Source: the human T2T-CHM13v2.0 reference genome, Homo sapiens. From it: a stretch of 64,000 nt of DNA. Positions within the stretch are counted from its first letter, which is position 1, and each line of letters begins with the position of its first letter. Where the stretch lies: NCBI RefSeq assembly GCF_009914755.1, contig NC_060926.1. One strand, 5' to 3'. Positions 1 to 18,171 of this stretch are shown here, piece after piece. The notes beneath the pieces are model-generated. The model saw only the letters and a list, made by a program, of their open reading frames with translations. It was not told where the DNA came from and did not search any database. A program made the translations under genes and the position numbers.

Positions 1-114
1 CACTCTGGGGTTGGGCATTCCCCAACCCCACCCCACCCCACACCACATTGGTCAGCCTGCTAAGATGGTGTGGTTGCCTCATTACATTGCACATTACTTT
101 GAAATAGCTAAATG

Positions 115-720
115 GAGCCGGGTGTGATGGCTCACACCTGTAATCCTAGTACTTGGGAGGCTAAGGTGGGAGGATTGTATGAGTCCAGGAATTCCAGACC
201 AGCCTGGGCAACATAGTGACACCTCATCTCTACAAAAAGTACAAAAATTAGCCGGGCCTGGTGGTGTGCGCCTGTAGTCCCAGCTACTTGGGAGGATCAC
301 TTGAGCCTGGGAGGTCAAGGCTGCAAGTGACTGTGATCACACCATTGCACTCCACCCTGGGTGACAGAATGAGACCTGTCTGAAAATAAGTAAATAATTA
401 AAAGTAAAAATAAATAGTTAAGGCCTGTCACGGTGGCTCACACCTGTAATCCCAGCACTTTAGGAGGCCAAGGCAGGTGGATTGCTTGAGCCCAAGAGTT
501 CAAGACCAGCCTGGGCAACATGGCAAAACCCATCTCTACTAAAAATAAAAAAATTAGCCAAGTACGATGGGGCAGGCCTGTGGTCCCTGCTACTGAGGAG
601 GCTGAGGCAGGAGGATCACCTGAGCCCAGGGAGGTCGAGGCTGCAGTGAAATGTGGTTGTGCCACTGCACTCCAGCCTGGGCCACAAAGCCAGATCTTGT
701 CTCAAAAATAAAATAAAATA
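115..720 (+). mobile_element. Two tandem old Alus (AluJ-like; ~115-411 and ~422-720)
   Basis: Alu consensus motifs with A-rich tails; outer direct repeat aaatagctaaatg at 102-114 and 720-732. Confidence 0.9.
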
Positions 721-2190
721 AATAGCTAAATGAAAATTAACTCACTCTAGTTGGGACTGTCAATAAATACAGGAAAACAGACTTTCGTTCTAAAGGGAAC
801 CACTTCCAGCCCATTCTCCGTCTGCTGTAAACTTTAGGAATCAAAATCCTAATGTTCCCCTCAGGGTGAACTTTGGTTTCTGCATCTTGCCCAGCTCTAG
901 GCCATCCACACAATCTCAGTGGGCCTCGGTTTTTCTTGTGTAAATGGTAGTGGGTGTGCAGTGTCCCAGGCCACACACTTGACACACACTTCAGGTGATA
1001 AGACAGAGTGACAGTCCCAGGGCTTCTCAGGGCCAGGCAGGCATGGTCGAGCACCTGGCCCCTTCCAACCAGGGCTCATTGCAGGCTGTCCGGGGAACAC
1101 CTGCCGGAGGCTCCCCTAGGTCCTGGCTACCCACATATGCTGGCACATTCTTCCCCAGAAGGGTCCTGCGACTCTGTATGTCCAGCCACCAGGGGGTTTT
1201 TGTCACTTCTGGAGAATTATTTGCCACCGTCCCCACAGACCAGAGTGAGGGATGAAACAGATGGCCTCTGTCCCAGGAGGTGTGAGGCAGAGGGTCAAGA
1301 GACTGAGTTACTCCTCCGATGCTTCCTGGGCTCGCTGTGTGCCCAAAGGGAGTCAGGGAGGATGTCCAATTCTGAGCCAGGAAGCCAGAGCTTTGGACAT
1401 AGCTGGCTGTAGCATCCTCCTCAGGTCCCACTCATTTATTCAGCATCCACAGGTGCCAGGCCTCAAGTGAGGCCCATTGTGTGGTACATAGAGATGCAAG
1501 CCCCACTCTGAGGCTTCTCATCCTGTCAGGAAAGTGAGGCGCAAGCCCAGGACCATGGTAGACCCTGTGCCAGACAGGGGCTTAGAGCAGGAGAGGCCTT
1601 GGGGGAGGTGGATGCAGCCATGTTGGGGGAGGAGAACCACACAGCCAGGACCTGTGGGTTGGAAAGTCACTCGTTTTCTGGAAACAAGAAGTTCAGTTCC
1701 ATTAACTCCTCCATGTGCTTCACAAATACCTACTGAGTTCCTGTCACCAGGTGGGGCAGCCTTGGAGAAGGTGGTGTGTGAGAACCGGGGAGAAGTGGGT
1801 GGAGCATGCTGGCTAGGGAAACAGGGTCTTTGAGAATTGCTGTAGGTCATGGGGCCTTGGGAAGGTTCTGGTCAGAGCTAGGAATGAGCCAAGTCTCTTC
1901 TTTTCTGAAATGAAGGGGTGAAGTGTAATGCATCGCCAGTGTTTTCTGCACTAAGATTCTCTACTCCTTTGAGTCTGGGGCATGCTGGGAAAGCCATCAG
2001 GAATCATCCAAGGCCAAGTGTCCTGAGGCTGTAGGCCCTCAAGCTTGTGTCAAGAGCAAAGCAGGGCTATCTGACACGAGGAAGGGAGGAGACAGAAACC
2101 CCAGAGTGATGGTGGGGTCTGGGTGCCTTCCAGGTGGGCAGCCGGGGTGAGGGTGCCGGCCCAGCATTCAGAGGAGCCTCCCCACAACAG

Positions 2191-2465
2191 GTCCACTAAC
2201 CCATCTGATTACCGGATCCTGCTTGGGTATGACCAGCAAAGCCATCCCACAGAGCACAGCAAGCAGATGACAGTGAATAAGATCATGGTGCACGCTGACT
2301 ATAACGAGTTGCACCGCATGGGGAGTGACATCACCCTGCTGCAGCTGCACCGTCATGTGGAATTCAGCTCCCACATCCTCCCCGCCTGCCTTCCGGAACC
2401 AACCACGTGGCTGGCCCCTGACAGCTCCTGCTGGATATCTGGTTGGGGAATGGTCACCGAGGATG
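2191..2465 (+). pseudogene. PRSS40A: PRSS40A-like exon with catalytic Asp (STNPSDYRILLG...DITLLQL...CWISGWGMVTED)
   Basis: Acceptor caacag|G at 2190/2191 and donor GATG|gtgag at 2465/2466; open within ORF 2123..2575. Confidence 0.85.
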
Positions 2466-2777
2466 GTGAGCAGTGCAGGGCAGGCAATGCAGGTGAAGGT
2501 GCGGGAGGCCGCTTCGGGGCTCTGCCAGTCCTCCCTAGTGTCACAATTCCCCCTGGCATGGGTCAAGCGGCCTGAGCTTCTCCCACTTTTGGAGGCAGGT
2601 ACTTGGGCTCTTTGACTCTGAGCCATTCAGGATTCCCTGGTTCTGAATGTTTCTGACTCCACCCTGATTACAAGGGCCTGCTGCCATCTGACCTCCTCCA
2701 GGGCCTCACCAAACTCTACTGGAGCTTCCACAGCTGTGGAAGGTGCTGGGCATCAGTAGCAAGTAAGAGCAGGCCTG

Positions 2778-3171
<394 letters not shown>

Positions 3172-3526
3172 TTATCTCTGTGAATGTGAACCTCACTGCT
3201 CACCCAGTATATTTGTCATATATTTGTATATTTGTAGACTGAGAGGGAAGAAATGTTAGGCAAAGACTCTAGCAAAAGAGTGAATGCTTTTGATTTAGGG
3301 AAATGTAATGATGAGTGCAAAAAAGTAGAATGGCAATTTGGCATTATTTGTGGGGTCATGATCTGGCAGAATATCTCAGAGGAGGCATTTGGGACAGGAC
3401 TTTCTTCCATGAACAGGCCAGAGCTGGCCTCCCTGCCTTGGCCACTGAATGCCAGTCACGTGGCCCTAGTCATGAGAGCAGCCAGCCCTCCAAAGACAGC
3501 CTCCTGGGACTGTCATTCTCAAACTA

Positions 3527-3786
3527 TTTTTTTTTTTTTTTTTGAGACGGAGTCTTGCTCTTGTTGTCCAGGCTGGAGTGGGATGGCATGATATCGGCTC
3601 ACCACAACCCCCACCTCCCGGGTTCAAGCGATTCTTCTGCCTCATCCTCCTGAGTAGCTAGGATGACAGGCATGCACCACCACACCTGGCTAATTTTGTA
3701 TTTTTAGTAGAGACGGGTTGCTCCATGTTGGTCAGGCTGGTTTCGAATTCCCGACCGCAGGTGATCTGCCCTCCTCGGCCTCCAAG
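3527..3786 (-). mobile_element. Alu, 5'-truncated
   Basis: Poly-T followed by antisense Alu; TSD gggactgtcattctc on both sides. Confidence 0.92.
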
Positions 3787-4518
3787 GGACTGTCATTCTC
3801 TAAGAATCAAGGCAGAGAAGATTCTCCAGGTGGGAAAGGAGGAGCTAGGGCCTGGGGAAGTCACCAGTTAGTTGGATCAGCTACTGAGCAGAGAGCCACC
3901 GACCTTGATGAGAGATCTGGGCTCTAGTCATCCTTCTCTCTCCACACACCGGCAGCCCCCAAGGACACATGAGGCCCACACAGGGCAGGCATTGTGCAGG
4001 GGTCGGCCCCTGTCATCGCGCTGCTCCCACATGGGGACCCCAGGCCAGATCTGGGAGCGACATCTGGAAACAGAGCCCAAGTGTCCCCAGACCAGTTGCT
4101 CCTTGAGGAAGGGCCATGCCTGATTTGTCACACTGCTACACTGCTCAAACCCACCCAGCACCTGCTAGGTATGCCACCGGCCAGGCTGGCAATCCAGCTG
4201 CCACCCTCCCTGCCTCCAGCTCTGCCTCCTCTTAGCAGCCAGAGGGCTTGTTTTTGACCCTTCTATTGTGTCCCAGTGTGCTTGGAACGACACCTCCAAC
4301 ACCACATCCTGGCTAGGAGGGCCCCTGCTCTGGGCCCTGAGGCGGCTGCACCTCACCTTTCACCCCACGCCTGCTCCCTTGCAGCCACATTGGCCTCCCT
4401 CCTGGTTCTTCCTACTGCAGGCCCTCCCCCTTTGGCTGTCCCCTTATCTTCGTGTGCTCTCCCTGGGCCAGCAGGCTGGGGAGGGAGGGCTTCCCTCTGG
4501 CTGCAGCTGCAGTTGAGG

Positions 4519-4582
4519 CCCACATCTGACACCTCCTCCCACATCTGACATCTCCTCCCACATCTGACATCTCCTCCCACAG
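4519..4582. repeat. 19-bp tandem repeat x3 ending at a splice acceptor
   Basis: cccacatctgaca(c/t)ctcct at 4519, 4538 and 4557, then cccacag. Confidence 0.95.
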
Positions 4583-4758
4583 TCTTCCTGCCTGAGCCCT
4601 TCCAACTTCAGGAGGCAGAGGTCGGTGTCATGGACAACACTGTCTGCGGATCCTTTTTCCAGCCCCAGTACCCCGGCCAGCCAAGCAGCAGTGACTACAC
4701 CATCCACGAGGACATGCTGTGCGCTGGGGACCTCATAACAGGAAAGGCCATTTGCCGA
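4583..4758 (+). pseudogene. PRSS40A: PRSS40A-like exon (VFLPEPFQLQEAEV...EDMLCAGDLITGKAICR)
   Basis: Acceptor cccacag|TC and donor CGA|gtgagt; 176 nt; phase matches both neighbouring exons. Confidence 0.85.
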
Positions 4759-4771
4759 GTGAGTGGGCTCA

Positions 4772-6140
<1,369 letters not shown>

Positions 6141-6281
6141 TTTTATAGTGCGGGGAACTGAGGCCCAGAGAGGAAGTGTATCACCCAAGGTGAGGGGTCA
6201 CAGCCACAGTCAAGCTTGGAGAGGCCCTGCCCTTCTTGGGAGCTGTGGGTCCCAGGAGGACTCCTGCAGGATCCTCTCCCT

Positions 6282-6578
6282 CTTTTTTTTTTTTTTTTTT
6301 TTTTGATACAGGGCCTTACTTTATCGCCCATGCTAGAGTGCTGTAGTGCAATCTCGGCTCACTGCAACCTCTGCCTCCTGGGTTCAAGTGATTCTCCTGC
6401 CTCAGCTTCCTGAGTAACTGGGATGCACTACCACGCCCAGCTAATTTTTATATTTTTAGTAGAGATGGGGTTTCATCATGTTAGCTGGGCTGGTCTCAAA
6501 CTCCTGACCTCAAGTGATCTGCCTGCCTCAGCATCCCAAAAGTGCTGGGATTACAGGTGTGAGACACCGTGCCCGGCC
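6282..6578 (-). mobile_element. AluS
   Basis: Poly-T followed by antisense Alu. Confidence 0.92.
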
Positions 6579-7609
6579 TCCTCTCCCTCTGTTGCGCCTC
6601 CCTCTTTTTCTTTCTCTCTCTTTGGTCACCTCATGGTGCAGAAACATTCTTCGATGACTCTCATCACAAAATGCCCTACAGGCACCCTCCCTGCTCCCCA
6701 CAACCTCCTCCCACCCCACCCATCCCAGCAGGGCTCACCCCAGGGTGCCTGCCTGTGCCCTCTCTTGCTTCCTGGGCTCCGTCCTCACCACAGCCATGCT
6801 GTCAGGCGTTGGTGCAGCATCCCCCATCAGACACTGTGGGCGGCCCCTCCTGCTCTCTGCTCTCCTCCTTGGAGGGGCCCTTCAGCCTCCTGACACCAAC
6901 AGCCCACTGTGCACCACTGGGCCTGCTTCCCCTGCCTTGCCCCATTTCCTTAGACAGAGAGAAAGGGTCAGATATGGCAAGTCCCGTCTGTTGACCATTT
7001 CCCGCCAGCCTCTGCCATCCCTTCTCCTGCAGTTGTGTCCTGATGGGGCTCAGGCCAGTACCATCCTATCAGACAGAATCTGCACCAGGTCCCATGGGTT
7101 CCCTGCCCTCTGAGGAGGCTGTGGGCTGGCACAGTCAGGTCTTGCCCCTCCTTCCTGTGTTGGCTCAGAGAAGCTCTAGAATTAGAGCAGCCCTTCTGGG
7201 GTCCTTCCAGGCCGCCCCGATCCACACCCCACGTCTGCGATGTCTGTTCATGTGGAAGGTCCCTCGGGGCCTCTTCAGTGCTGTGTGCACACAGAAAGAC
7301 TTGGTCATGTTGATTGCACAGATGGCAGGAGGATGCTTGTTTCCTTGGGTTTCCCTTTTTGGCCTATGGGATGCGGGTGCTCTGCCCATGATGTCAGGGA
7401 CTTCCCCGCTTGGGGGCCCTGCCACACTCACAATCCCCCGCGCTCACCTGGGAACCCCTGGCACTTGCCCTACCCCCACGCTGGGCACGGGCAGCACCTC
7501 TTTTCCCCTCAGCACATCCCACAGCCTGGCATTTTCTAAAAAGCTCAACCAAGAAATGGAGGGAACACTAGAGACCTTAATAAGTGAAGGACATCTGGAT
7601 TCGGGACTA

Positions 7610-8076
<467 letters not shown>

Positions 8077-8506
8077 TCAGGCCAAGGCACAGCCATTCCT
8101 CCAGGCTCGCACCCAGCCACCCTGGGGACCACAGGCAGTGCCTTCTCCCCACTGGGGTCAGGAGGGCTAGGCCTGGATGTCCATCTCCTAGAATCCCCTG
8201 CTTATTCTCATGGGTTTGTGACTGCCAGGATGGAGGCTCTGCCCAGGGTCTCCTTGGGAGCTTTGTGGAGTGAAGCTCCAGGGCCCCGTGCTCGAGATTT
8301 TGATCCAGGAGGTCCCTCCTGGGTCTGGGCTTCTAACATCGCCCAGGTGACTGATGAGCGCCACTCACTCAGACAGTGGAGACACCTGCCCCACACCTTG
8401 CTTCCCACATTCCATCCTGGAGAAGCGTAAGGTCCCCTCCTGTGCCCTGAACAATGCGTGTCCCTCCCTGTCTTGGTCCCTACCACCATGTCCTCTCTGT
8501 TCTCAG

Positions 8507-8821
8507 CGAGACTCCAGGGGTCCCCTCGTCTGCCCATTAAATGGCACCTGGTTCCTGATGGGGCTGTCTAGTTGGAGCCTCGACTGCTGCTCACCCGTCG
8601 GTCCCAGGGTCTTCACCAGGCTCCCCTACTTCACCAACTGGATCAGCCAGAAGAAGAGGGAGAGCACCCCTCCAGATCCCGCCTTGGCTCCTCCTCAGGA
8701 AACACCCCCAGCCCTGGACAGCATGACCTCTCAGGGCATCGTCCACAAGCCCGGGCTCTGCGCAGCCCTTCTGGCTGCTCACATGTTCCTCCTGCTGCTG
8801 ATTCTCCTGGGGAGCCTGTGA
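8507..8821 (+). pseudogene. PRSS40A: PRSS40A-like terminal exon (RDSRGPLVC...LLILLGSL*) with GPI-signal-like hydrophobic tail
   Basis: Polypyrimidine tract plus ttctcag|CGA acceptor; serine TCC at 8513-8515; stop TGA at 8819-8821. A candidate AATAAA lies at 9641-9646. Confidence 0.85.
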
Positions 8822-10339
8822 AGGGCCAGGGCCCCTGGCCTCTTACCACAAGCATGCCCACCTCAGGCCGGCCTCCTTGCTGAGCTCTGCACACTCCTGA
8901 CGTGTTTCCATCTCTGAGCTCTCCTGTCCACCCAAGGCCACCCCTGCCTCAGGCCTGACAAACTAAAAACCACCCAAGAAGCTTCTGGCTCTGGTTTCTG
9001 GCCCACCAGAGCCATCTCCCATGCTCCACTGTGTCTCCAGCTCCTCAGGGAGGGAAGGTCTCCCTCCTCCCTGGGCAGGGTCCAGGCTGACCATATGGGA
9101 GCCAAGTCACTCTCCTTGGGAAGTTGGGTCGCGCAGACTCAGGCCCCATTCGGGTCCTCCAGGGCATGCAGTCTTCCAGAAAAATGGGGCCAGGGCCTCC
9201 CCACATGGAAGAAGCTGCCTGTCCTCCTGGAGCTGGGTGTTGTGCACCGGTCAGGGATGAAGCGGCATCTTCCAGGTGCGCAGGTCACAGAGGCTCTCCT
9301 CGACAGCTTGCAAGTAAACTGTGAAGGGGGCTGAGGTCTTCGGTCAGCAGTACCAGAGCTGTGTCCCATGGGTCAGCTCTCAGCTGACTGCCCCCTGTAC
9401 CCGCTGCCCTGCCCTCTCCCTGCCTCCAGAAACCCAGCCCCCATCCCTGTGGCTTGCTCCAGCTTGTAGGGGTTGTGGCTTAGCTGACCCAGGACTTGCT
9501 GGTCCAGCACTGAGCCCATAAACCAGACTCTGAGTTGCCCCTGTAAACCTGTCTGAGTCAGGTTTGTATCCTAGCGAGTCAGCAGGACTCTCGAAGGGCC
9601 TCGCACCGCAGCTCTCCCGCAACCCCCAACCTGAACTCACAATAAAAAGAGGGCAGCCCCCCTTCACTGAAGGTACATTGTGCCCCAAGTGCCATCCAGG
9701 TGTTCTGTGCAAATTATTTCTAGTCCTGTTGTCACCCAGATAGCCCAGGCCCTCACCAGCAGGTGGGAACAAGTGAAGTCTCATGGGAATGATCGGCAGA
9801 ATCTCTTGGTCTTGAAGCCCTCTGACACTAATGCAGAGGTTTCCTTTCCAACTCAGAGCCTTCCTTCCCTCCTTCCTGGTGAGGTGCCACTGAGCCAGAC
9901 ACCTATGCCCAGCACGGTATCTGGCTTTACAAGCTCAGCAGTGTCTGGAAGCGAGAAGAAAGCATTTCCTCTCCTGATGGCAAACTCAGTTATGGGGCTG
10001 CAGAGTGGGACTGCTGGGCCCTGAGGTGGGAATTAGCACTTGATCAGTTCAGATTTAGAGCATTAGCCACCGCTGTTGCCAGAACTGCCACTTTCCCTCT
10101 GCCCATGGTGGCCCCATGCTGGCTGGGCTGGAGTTCCCTCACGTGGTGACTTGTGCTTTGTCCATCAGCAGGCATGTTCCTACGTGAAGCATGGAGTTAC
10201 GCAATGGCCTGCCTGTCCATGAAGTTCCTCTGGCCTCCTCCGATTCTGTGGCTGCAAATCCACACCTAGGAGCTCCGCAGGCCTGCTGGAGCACAGCGCC
10301 TGTAGGTTTCTGCGCCTGGAACCCACCTCAGGACCACAA

Positions 10340-10470
10340 GCCGCATTCAGTCTCTTTTTATAGATCTGGAACCCGAAGCCCAGCGTGGTTAGGAACTTGT
10401 CTAAGGTCACTTGGTAGTAAATACTGGAACAGGGATTCAAACCCACATCTCCAGAGAGAGCTCAGAAGCC
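10340..10470. mobile_element. MIR fragment
   Basis: MIR core-like ggttaggaacttgtctaaggtcac...gggattcaaaccca. Confidence 0.6.
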
Positions 10471-12087
10471 TTGTGCTTTCCATGAGTGCAGCTGTTTCCA
10501 GAGGCCTCCGGCCCTGTCTCACCTTCCCAGACTGCCTTGAGAGGCTCTAGCTGGCCTGTCTCTAGTGTGGCCAGATTCTATCTGGTCAGTGGCAAGGGAG
10601 GACCCCAGGCCACAATACTGACATCAGGGAACAGAACAGATCTGCAGGGCCAGTGAGTGGTGCTACGGAAAGGCTGGGAGTGGCCCCTGCGTGGTTTTCC
10701 CTAGACCCATCGTCAGGGGCTCCAGGCCTCCATGTGTTGTGCTGCACGGGCTACTGGCTCCCTCTCCAAAATCGACCCTGGGTGAGCTGTGGAGGCGAGA
10801 AGGCAGTGTGCATTTCAGAAACTAACCAAAATCAGTGAGAAAATCTTGGAGAAACTGAAGTTACCCTGGGCGGCTGTAGCTGGGAATGGAGGATGGGGCA
10901 GCCAGGAGCCAGACTTAAGAAGGCTGTTCACACTCTGCTCTTGTTGCTTGCCTCCCACACCTCGTGACAAATGCTGCCTGGTCCCGCTCAGGTGTCAGGA
11001 TTGCAAGGTGGCTGTGTCAGCCAGTGTGAGGGCCCCACAAGCCACCGGTGTTGTGTGCCCTCCATCCTCCTCCTGAAACCCCCCTGGGTGGGACAGTTGC
11101 TATCCAGGGAAATGGGCCTCTTCCACTGTGATCTCCTCCAGGGCTTTCACCGGCAGGCCCGCCTGCAGGAGTGGCTTGTGGGGTGGCAGGATGCAGGAGA
11201 GAGTGAGTGAGGTGCTTCGTGCCTGGGGCCCTCTGCTCTGGGGCCACCCTCCTCGTTGACTCACTGGGAGCCTTGCTAGTGCAGACAGGGTGACCAGGAG
11301 CTGCTAAGCCCAGGGAATGCACACACGTGCACTGGAGCAGCTGCCTATCTTAAGAGTCCAATGCCCACCGAAACACAGTAGGCTGCACAGCATCCACTAC
11401 TGGAAGTAGAGTTGCTGGAAAAGACAGACCAAACATACTTAATAAGCACAATAAATATCTTTTTGGATACAGAAAAATATTATTAGTAATAAGACCTAAG
11501 ACAAAGAAACTACCGAAAAGAACCAAGTCAAAATATTACATATGCAAAATGTAATCGTTGAATTAAAGACCACATTACATTGAGCAAACAGGGTCAATGC
11601 AGATGAAAGAGGAAGCCAGTCGTTACTTTAAAGGTATGGCTGTCACAGTGTGGACTTTGGAGCCGGTCCACTTTAGTTGGGGTAATTTGTAGAGCATTTA
11701 TTTACAAAAGTACTAATCACCCAGGTATGTTTGGGCTGAAGGCTCCGGGAAAGCCCAGGGCAGGGGCCTGGCACAGGCATCAGAAGCAGAGCTCTTGCCA
11801 CCCAAGGCCCTGAGGGACCAGTGAAGTAGGAGCCGTGGGGAGAGGGTGCCTGAGAGGAGCAGGGACACTCAGCCGAGGGACACAGCCAGCCAAGGCGGCC
11901 TCACAAAGAGGATTTTCATGGAAACAAATGCCCTGACTACTTCATTCCCACATCTTCGGCTGAGGCTCCCATGGCAAGTGGAGAGAGCAGCTGCAGGTGG
12001 CCTCGGTCACTTGGGTCAGCTCTCCTGCTTAAAACAAACACAGAAATCAATAAAAGTGTTGATTGTATTATTTAAAAAAAAATCTTC

Positions 12088-12511
<424 letters not shown>

Positions 12512-12585
12512 TCAGAGCTCACAATTGGGCTGCACCTCAGCAGACCTTTGCAAAAACAGCAGAAGTCAAGGCCCAGGAGTGGAGC

Positions 12586-12968
<383 letters not shown>

Positions 12969-13217
12969 ATGAAGAGTTTCCGGGAGCTCTTTCTTTGTCC
13001 CCTAATGGTAATTTTTCTTTCCATAAACACAACCACCAAAACTTCAATTTTAAAAACTTATGCTATGGTAAGAAAGACATAGTTCTATGTTTCATGTTCT
13101 AACATGAAAATGTTACAGAAGATGCTGCTTTTTAAATGTGAAAAATCGAGTTATATTGATTTTTATTTATTTTATTTATTTACAAGATTGGGAAACAGAT
13201 AAAAGGAACATAAGTAA

Positions 13218-13783
<566 letters not shown>

Positions 13784-13791
13784 CTATTTAA

Positions 13792-14794
<1,003 letters not shown>

Positions 14795-15425
14795 CTCATT
14801 TTATATTTATATTTACTCAAAATGACAACCTCGACGGGTTTCCTTGCAAAGGTGTGCAGAGCACAGCAAGAATTTCAACGGGTAGAGTGGGCGGACTCGG
14901 GTGGGGCGCGGCACCCCCTCCCCCATCCCCTGCGGAGCTTTTCTCAGCCTGCGCCTTCCCGCGCAGGAAGAGGACCATGTGCGGTCCTGACGCTCTTCCC
15001 TGAAGAAACCCTCATGTCGATTTTCATATTATAGTGTTTCTTGCTCACCACACAGGAATTATGGCGGGCAGGAGTGAAAGAGACAGACTTTCCACACGAT
15101 AACGGCATTTCCTATTCTTGGCAACATTGTTTAAAGCAAAATATTAGACCCCAAATGGTGAAACTTGGAGGATGATTCCCCCAGCTCTGCCCAATGGCTC
15201 CTTTTTCCTGAGGTTCTCAGCAGCACTTGGCGGATGTGGCTACACCGAGGTCTGACTGCAGAAGGCAGGAACCCTGTCCTGCCTTCCAGCTATTGAGATC
15301 CTGGGAGGGCTGACTGAGGCCGCCTGTAATACCAATGGGAATGAGAGAGGGGCTGGAGTGATGCTGCAGTGGGGGAAGTTTCTTTTATTAAAAAAAAATA
15401 TATTATTTAATTTTAATTTAAAAAT

Positions 15426-15584
15426 TTTTGAGACAGGGTCTTGCTCTGTAGCTTAGGCTGGAGTGCAGCGGTGGCATCATATTATATAGTTCACTGCAGC
15501 CTCTACCTCCAGGGCTCAGTGATCCTCCTGCCTCAGCCTCCCAAAGTGTGGTGATTACAGGGGTGAGCCACTGTGTACCTGGCT
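15426..15584 (-). mobile_element. Short Alu monomer / deleted Alu
   Basis: Antisense Alu motifs over about 160 bp. Confidence 0.8.
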
Positions 15585-15954
15585 GGAAGTTTTCATTTGA
15601 TGCCAAAAGTGTCTGAGGGAGCAAAGACTCTGGGATGACTGAAGTCTCAGGCCTGGCAAGCACCCCACACAGGGAGGCTCAGGAACAAGGGTTAAAATGA
15701 TAATTGACGTCAAACTTGTAGTGGAGGTTTACAGTCTCTCCTAGACTGCAGAAAAGGTGCCTGGGGGTTGGAATCCAGGGGCCAAACTGCAGCCCCCTGA
15801 TTTCCTGTTCGCTGGCTTCCGGACCTGCTGAATTCTCCCACCTCCTCAAGCCTGGGTTTTCTACATAAGTCAAAGACCGTAAAGGTGGCTTTTCTTTCAT
15901 CATGATCTATCACATGCCATGAGGGAAAAATACAAAGGTCTGCTTGGAGGTGAG

Positions 15955-16600
<646 letters not shown>

Positions 16601-17798
16601 TGAGATTCATTATTAAATGAAGTCATTGATTCCGTGACAGATTCTGAAGCAGGGTGTGTCCGTTTAGAACCCAGTGAGCATGTTCTGGGTGGTGATGAGA
16701 CTTCCCCCTAGGTTTACTGAGGTGTCCTTGCCAGAGAGTAAACCTCAGAGGCAGCAGCAGGCTGCTGAGCACAATGCTGGGTCCGAGCAGATGCTTGTTA
16801 CTCATCATCCTCGTCTCGGCTCTGGGGTGTGCCCCGCCAACGAGACAGAAAGTCACCCCACCAGCATCAGGGGAGCTTTAGCAAGGACAGCCCAGAAGCA
16901 AGGCCTCAGTGGCTCCTTAGTCCATGGCGGTTCTAATGGTGTGAACAGCTCTTGCCTATTTGTTTTTAAATGTGGGTTTTATTGTTATTTAGGTAGGACA
17001 AGAATGCAGACATGGAAATGATGAAAAGATAGTTTATTATATTCATAGGGCAGGAGGACAGTCCACCCCACCCCACACAGGGCCACATGGAGAGGCACCA
17101 GGGTTGGTCAGGAAGCAAAGGGAGCAAGGGGAAAATGTACCAGGCAACTAGGGACAGCCCCTGTGCCCTGAAGCCTGCAGAAATGACTCACTAGCCAACC
17201 CTACACCATCTGCCCCTGCCTCACCTACTCCTTCCCACAGAAGCCACAGTACAGGCTCCTGCCCACAGTGCCCACTCCCTCTGCCTCCCGGCCCACCCTG
17301 GGGCTGCCCCATGTGGCCCTGCATGACACGCCTCCTGTTTCTAAGTGAGTATACACACTTTTTCCTCCTTGACATCATTTCCAGGTCTGCATTCTTACCA
17401 TATCTGGTTAAAACGAATCTCATTTGAAAACGAACTGACTCGGCAAATAAATCACTCGCGAACAAACTAGTAATGTTCTCACATATGTAGTGCCAGAGTT
17501 TAGCTGTTTCAGGTAATTAACATAATTTGTATAAGGATTAGACATAGTTCTACAGTAGATCACATTTCAGATTTAATGACAATAAATTTGTTGGAGAGTC
17601 AGTGAGTTGGGATGCAACTCCACTTGTCAAATCATGGTTGCATCACAACCATAGGTTTGAGTACAGATAGAAGATCTGATAAAAATCAACAAAAGCATAT
17701 AGGCTACATGGAGTAAAGAGTACTGTATATTTTGTTGTTACTTGAAATTCTGTGCTATAATGTACTTTATATCAGTAAAACTTATAATAAAGTGATAT

Positions 17799-18171
<373 letters not shown>

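Noticed and set aside
730-2190. Search for the PRSS40 activation (IVGG/WPWQ) and catalytic His (AAHC) exons
   Set aside because: No such motif was found in the ORF track or by reading; the exons are upstream of the window or lost, so none is called.
16980-17790. Possible LTR (MER21-like) and DNA-transposon fragments
   Set aside because: Resemblance too weak to assign family or boundaries without RepeatMasker.
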